DNA from: a virus
Reading direction: 5' to 3' (one strand)
DNA: 64,000 nt
Virus record (IMG/VR): IMGVR_UViG_3300038678_000291
Location: 19,018-83,017 of that record
This document shows positions 59,543-64,000 of the stretch, piece after piece (positions within the stretch are counted from its first letter, which is position 1; every line of letters starts with the position of its first letter). A program made the translations under genes and the position numbers. Below the pieces are notes generated by a model that saw only the letters and a program-made list of their open reading frames with translations, did no database searches and was not told the origin of the DNA.

Positions 59543-59931
59543 TGGCGGTCTGGTATTATCCGGCGGGGAATAGGGGTGCAGCTACCAAAATCGTAACGAT
59601 TCCTCTGTTTGAAGCAGCCCCATCACGGTTCCCTAAATTTACACATCAGTTTGTGGATGTAATGGCAGATGGAACAAAAAAACAACAGGATTTGGGCAAT
59701 GCCCGCCAAGAAATAGTTTTGAATATAAAAAACTTAGTCTTGGCCTACAAGAATGCCCTGGTTGATTTTATTGAAAACTATACTGATTACTCCAGTGAAA
59801 ATTTTGATTGGGATGCTGACGATGGTACCCAATACGATAATTTGTTTTTCTTGATAAGAAAAAATGATTTCAGAAAGCATAATGTAACATTGTTCGATGA
59901 GCAAATACGCATGATAGTGGAGCCGACTTAA
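59542..59931 (+). CDS. Distal tail (Dit)-like protein
   Basis: Position directly after the tape measure. Confidence 0.55.
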   Translation: MAVWYYPAGNRGAATKIVTIPLFEAAPSRFPKFTHQFVDVMADGTKKQQDLGNARQEIVLNIKNLVLAYKNALVDFIENYTDYSSENFDWDADDGTQYDNLFFLIRKNDFRKHNVTLFDEQIRMIVEPT

Positions 59932-62900
59932 TGTTTACTTTTCCCGCTAATTTCATAACTGAAATGCTCAAGAATGCAGGCGTAGAGTGGCGTACCCTGC
60001 TGGAGATAGAGGCAGCCAGCACGCTATACTATTCTGATCAGAAACTTACCGTTGACGCTCAAGTCTATTCGGCTATGGTCAAGGGTTTTGGTAAGGTACG
60101 AAATGGTAGAGCAGGCGTAGAGTTATATAACATCCCTAGAATAGATGACCAGATTAAACCGGGACAAACGATTACTTTCTACTTCTGGATGGTAGGGCTG
60201 GCCTCTGGTGACAAAGCCAAGATTTTTAAGGGTGTCATTAACGAAGATATTAAGGGCGGGGCACCTACATTATCATTTACTTGCTCTGGTATGGGCGAGT
60301 GGTTTGATAAGGAAATTTTGCAGCCATTATCTCCAGCCAGCTATCCCAATGCTGACCCCAGTTATTATGGCCGATTTATACCCGAAATACTTGGGGTAGT
60401 AAAGAATATTGAATGCCTGCCCATAGAAGCGGGCATGGCGACTACTCTGCGGGCAGATATTACCTCAAGCCAGACCACAATTGAAATCACGGATTATGCC
60501 CATGAGAGCCTTGCATTCCCCTCCTCCGGCACTGTATTTATTGGTGATGAGAAGATTACTTACACTAGTATTACTCAATCAGATACCCCCACGCTAAACG
60601 GCTGCACCAGGGGGGTAAGCGGTACTACCGCTACATCGCATAGTTATGGCGATGCGGTACTAGAAGATGTGGCCAGTGTCAAATATAAAATGTGTCAGTC
60701 TGACACAACCAATCCAATACAAGCTATGACCAAGCCCCGTATTATTCCCCTGGGCAGGACCGTAAAAGAGGCAGTGCAGATAGATGCATCTGATTACTCG
60801 ACCAACTTAAATACAGGAGAATTTACCTTAACCAACCTGCCAGCTATCAGACGCAAAATAGCCATTGCGGTAACTCAACAGCCCACCCACACAAATCCCG
60901 TTCAACCAGACCAGCCAATTACTACTCAGCCTATAGTTGATGTAACTCCGGGCACTCACGACCATATAGAATCTCAGCAAACCATTTCACTGTTCATGGA
61001 TACCAACTCAAATTTTGGGTTTTCTTCAGTATTAAATAACGAAAGAATTGTGAATGGTAAATTCACCGAATCTGGTTCTTGGGACCCGAATCTTTCAAAC
61101 TGGGAAATCAAGGTGCAGATGTCGGCCTATGCCGGATATTCTGGCGATTTGGTAGAAGGTAGAATTAAAGCCAGGTTGTGGCGGTCTGTATCAGCAGATT
61201 TTACTGCCCAAACAAAATGGTATGTCAATGGTGGGTTGAAAGAAAGCATAGATTGTGTGCTAAATGATGCTCCAGTAACTTATACAGGAGCATGGAAAAC
61301 CTTAACGAGTAATGACTGGGCGGATTTTCTTAATTCTAATAGCTATTTGACTGTATCCTCTTCTTCAGGGATTCCATCTGGCATAATTTATGGCAATGAG
61401 GTGTGGTTGGAAATTAGATTTACCCCCCCATCCCCCAGCAAAATCCTTACCTCCCCCAGAACTACCGATACCGTCAGTAACAGAACTACTGATATGGATT
61501 ATACGCAACAAGACGCCCTAGTAGGCGGTGATTCGGTGACAGATGCTTTTGGGGGGCCGCTTATAGCCAATGCTGAAGGGCGCAAGGATACTTCTGGTGG
61601 CCATTACACTGGCACACCCAATGCCCTGATAGAAAAACCCTGGGAGCAAATTCATTTTATGCTGGAACAATTCGGCAACGGTATAACCCACAGTGACATA
61701 GACATTTCTGGTTCGTTTGCTGACTGCGATACTAACTTGCCAAGTAACTGGAAATGGGGCTTTGCCATAACCAAAAATCTCCACCTGAATATCTTATTGA
61801 AACGGCTTGAACTACAAACCTGGTGTCGTTTTAAATGGGGGTTGGATGGGTTGGCCCGGCTGGAGCGCATTAAGACCAGCGGAACATCTATCAGGACATT
61901 AAATACCAACAGTGATTGCTTCCTTAGCGGGAAACTAGGGGATACCAACAGAGAGCTACTAATAAAATTCAGACGGCCAAAGTTAAACCAGCTTGCCAAT
62001 AAAGTAGCTGTGCAATATCTCCTTGACCCTACCCTGGGGCATTGGAGCAATCCTGATGCATATGATGAGATAATTGAGGATTCTGATTCAGATAGCATAA
62101 CTGAATATGGAGAACGCAAAAAAACCTGGAGAATGTGGGCGGTAAGAGATGACACTATGGCTCAGACATTGCGGGGGTACTTGCTGGATTATTACAAAGA
62201 CCCCAGGCAGGCTGTTTCCTACCTTACGGATTGGACACAGCTTCAATTACAAAGCAATGATTTGGTGGATATAATTAGCCAGCCTTCGGGAATCAGCGGG
62301 AAACATAGAATTTTTGATGTGGCCTATGATATGCCCATACCGCTCAGAGACAAAGGATTAAAGGTTCAGCTTACCCTGGTTGATCTGTTATCGGGGACTT
62401 TATTGCTTCCCGATCCGATCAGTTGTATTGCTGCTGGTGTTGATCCAACGACAGATGTAACCTTTTTAGTTGTTCCTATTCCCGCTGGATGTATAGCTAC
62501 TGGTGTTGATCCAGGGGTGATATTAGGCTCAACGATTGCCATACCTTCCCCCGCTGGATGTATCACTACTGATACCCGGTATTTCGATTCCAGTATATAT
62601 TTTGATTCAACTAGATATTTTGGTGTCCTCCCAATTGTGATACTAGGTTCAACAACTGCCCTCCCTGCTCCTGCTAATTGCATCACCAGCACACTGATAG
62701 GACTTGTACATACTGGGCACTTAGTTATTCCTGCACCTGTTGGCTGTATTACTGCTGGTGTTGATCCTGGGGTAATTTTAGGTTCAATAATTACCACCCC
62801 CGCCCCTGCTAGCTGTATAACTAACAGAGTTAATCCAACGATAGTTATAGGCGCAGAAGACTTAACAACTTATACTGAAGTTGACCCGAATAGTCGCATA

Positions 62901-63401
62901 ACAGTAACCTCGGCCAGGAGTACATTTACAGGATTAACAAGAAATGAAGACGCTTATGTTTATAAAGATTTTGGTGCTTTTTATTTTGGTGATTTTGAAA
63001 TATATGCAGATGTTCGGTTGAATTCAGGGAGCGAGAACGACTCTTTGGTTGGTATAATCGGTTTGTCTAATACAGTAAATGATTGGGATGATTGGGGAGC
63101 TGGTCTTTCAGTTCATTTTATGAAAGCAGGTGGAAACAATTATCTTGTTCTATTCGAGATAGGTGGCTCTAATGATTTTTATGTTATTTCGGGGGACACA
63201 ACCTATTATGTAACCTTCGAGAGGGTGGGCACGGCTTGCACTTTAAAAGTATATTCTGATTCTGCCAGAACCAATTTATTGGACACTCTGAGTATAACGG
63301 TGAACACAACGACATGGAGATATTTATATGTGACCATCAGTGGTAACACCGGAGACTCTTATGCTTGTAGCGGATATTCAGAAAACATTAAAATACTCTA
63401 A
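59931..63401 (+). CDS. Baseplate hub / central tail fibre protein with internal Cys-Pro repeats
   Basis: Position and size (1156 aa); DSITEYGER hub motif; GCTRGVSGTTA.SH module. Confidence 0.7.
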   Translation: MFTFPANFITEMLKNAGVEWRTLLEIEAASTLYYSDQKLTVDAQVYSAMVKGFGKVRNGRAGVELYNIPRIDDQIKPGQTITFYFWMVGLASGDKAKIFKGVINEDIKGGAPTLSFTCSGMGEWFDKEILQPLSPASYPNADPSYYGRFIPEILGVVKNIECLPIEAGMATTLRADITSSQTTIEITDYAHESLAFPSSGTVFIGDEKITYTSITQSDTPTLNGCTRGVSGTTATSHSYGDAVLEDVASVKYKMCQSDTTNPIQAMTKPRIIPLGRTVKEAVQIDASDYSTNLNTGEFTLTNLPAIRRKIAIAVTQQPTHTNPVQPDQPITTQPIVDVTPGTHDHIESQQTISLFMDTNSNFGFSSVLNNERIVNGKFTESGSWDPNLSNWEIKVQMSAYAGYSGDLVEGRIKARLWRSVSADFTAQTKWYVNGGLKESIDCVLNDAPVTYTGAWKTLTSNDWADFLNSNSYLTVSSSSGIPSGIIYGNEVWLEIRFTPPSPSKILTSPRTTDTVSNRTTDMDYTQQDALVGGDSVTDAFGGPLIANAEGRKDTSGGHYTGTPNALIEKPWEQIHFMLEQFGNGITHSDIDISGSFADCDTNLPSNWKWGFAITKNLHLNILLKRLELQTWCRFKWGLDGLARLERIKTSGTSIRTLNTNSDCFLSGKLGDTNRELLIKFRRPKLNQLANKVAVQYLLDPTLGHWSNPDAYDEIIEDSDSDSITEYGERKKTWRMWAVRDDTMAQTLRGYLLDYYKDPRQAVSYLTDWTQLQLQSNDLVDIISQPSGISGKHRIFDVAYDMPIPLRDKGLKVQLTLVDLLSGTLLLPDPISCIAAGVDPTTDVTFLVVPIPAGCIATGVDPGVILGSTIAIPSPAGCITTDTRYFDSSIYFDSTRYFGVLPIVILGSTTALPAPANCITSTLIGLVHTGHLVIPAPVGCITAGVDPGVILGSIITTPAPASCITNRVNPTIVIGAEDLTTYTEVDPNSRITVTSARSTFTGLTRNEDAYVYKDFGAFYFGDFEIYADVRLNSGSENDSLVGIIGLSNTVNDWDDWGAGLSVHFMKAGGNNYLVLFEIGGSNDFYVISGDTTYYVTFERVGTACTLKVYSDSARTNLLDTLSITVNTTTWRYLYVTISGNTGDSYACSGYSENIKIL

Positions 63402-63416
63402 AAAGGAGAACATAAC

Positions 63417-64000
63417 ATGGCTCTAATACCACCGGATTGGATTACTGCCGCTCCAGACGCAGGAAAAGAGTTACAGGTTGGGGAAGAAGGTGGAGCGGGA
63501 GATATTATAAACCGTCCTGCAAAAAAACTATGGGAATATATGCAACTAAATTCTACAAATGTGAAGTGGTATGGAGCTAGTGGGTCTGAGCAGGTAACTA
63601 CTGGCTCAATTACCACTGGTACTAATACCCTAACACTTGCTGCTGCCATAGACTTTGAGGATGGCCAGGGGATTTTAATAGCCGGGGCTGGAGCAGCAAG
63701 TGCAGATTTAATAACGCAAATTTCCAGCGGGGGCGGAACAGTTAATTTGGTGTTGGTTGATAATGCCTCCACAACGGTATCAGGAACGGCTGTTAAGCAT
63801 GATGATACTACGGCACTTCAAGGTGCCTTAAATGCAGCCTCTGCTGCAAAAACATTTTTGAAAATTCCCCCAGGAACCTATCTGTTTTCCAATTTGTCAC
63901 TTGGAGAAAGTTTTGAGGGAAAGGGAATAATCGGATATGGCCGTGAGGCTACAATTTTAGAGCATACAGGATCAGCAAATGCTATTGATATGAACAAGAC
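63417..64000 (+). CDS. Tailspike/depolymerase-like protein (pectate-lyase-3-type start), partial
   Basis: ATG 63417 after AAGGAG; NVKWYGA.G ... HDDTTALQGALNAA...IPPGTY...IIGYG. Confidence 0.7.
   Translation, partial: MALIPPDWITAAPDAGKELQVGEEGGAGDIINRPAKKLWEYMQLNSTNVKWYGASGSEQVTTGSITTGTNTLTLAAAIDFEDGQGILIAGAGAASADLITQISSGGGTVNLVLVDNASTTVSGTAVKHDDTTALQGALNAASAAKTFLKIPPGTYLFSNLSLGESFEGKGIIGYGREATILEHTGSANAIDMNK

Overview
The whole window is part of a tailed dsDNA phage or prophage with siphovirus-type gene order (HK97-fold head, long tape measure); no integrase or host genes are visible. From left to right: (1) a leftward early region (1-8.8 kb) with a YqaJ exonuclease, a ~750-nt highly structured non-coding stretch, YopX, many small genes separated by repeated hairpins or leader motifs, and an exact gene duplication; (2) a divergent promoter switch; (3) a replication module whose initiator is split at a G13 tract inside an iteron origin, plus DUF5131, HNH and RuvC genes; (4) a complete array-less type IV-B CRISPR-Cas effector operon (csf1, cas11, csf2, csf3, cysH); (5) a lysis module with amidase, patatin and a lipoprotein; (6) a second leftward mini-operon, a fused terminase, a portal-MuF fusion, a large Cys-rich prohead protease and the major capsid; (7) a ~15-kb island of 9 glycosyltransferases and 5 methyltransferase domains between the capsid and neck genes; (8) neck, tail tube, frameshifted chaperone, tape measure, Dit, hub/fibre and the start of a tailspike. 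The strongest novelty candidates are the multi-domain ncRNA at ~0.7-1.45 kb, the orphan type IV-B module and the putative virion-glycosylation island. All protein calls rest on motif recognition by eye and gene order; no database searches were run.
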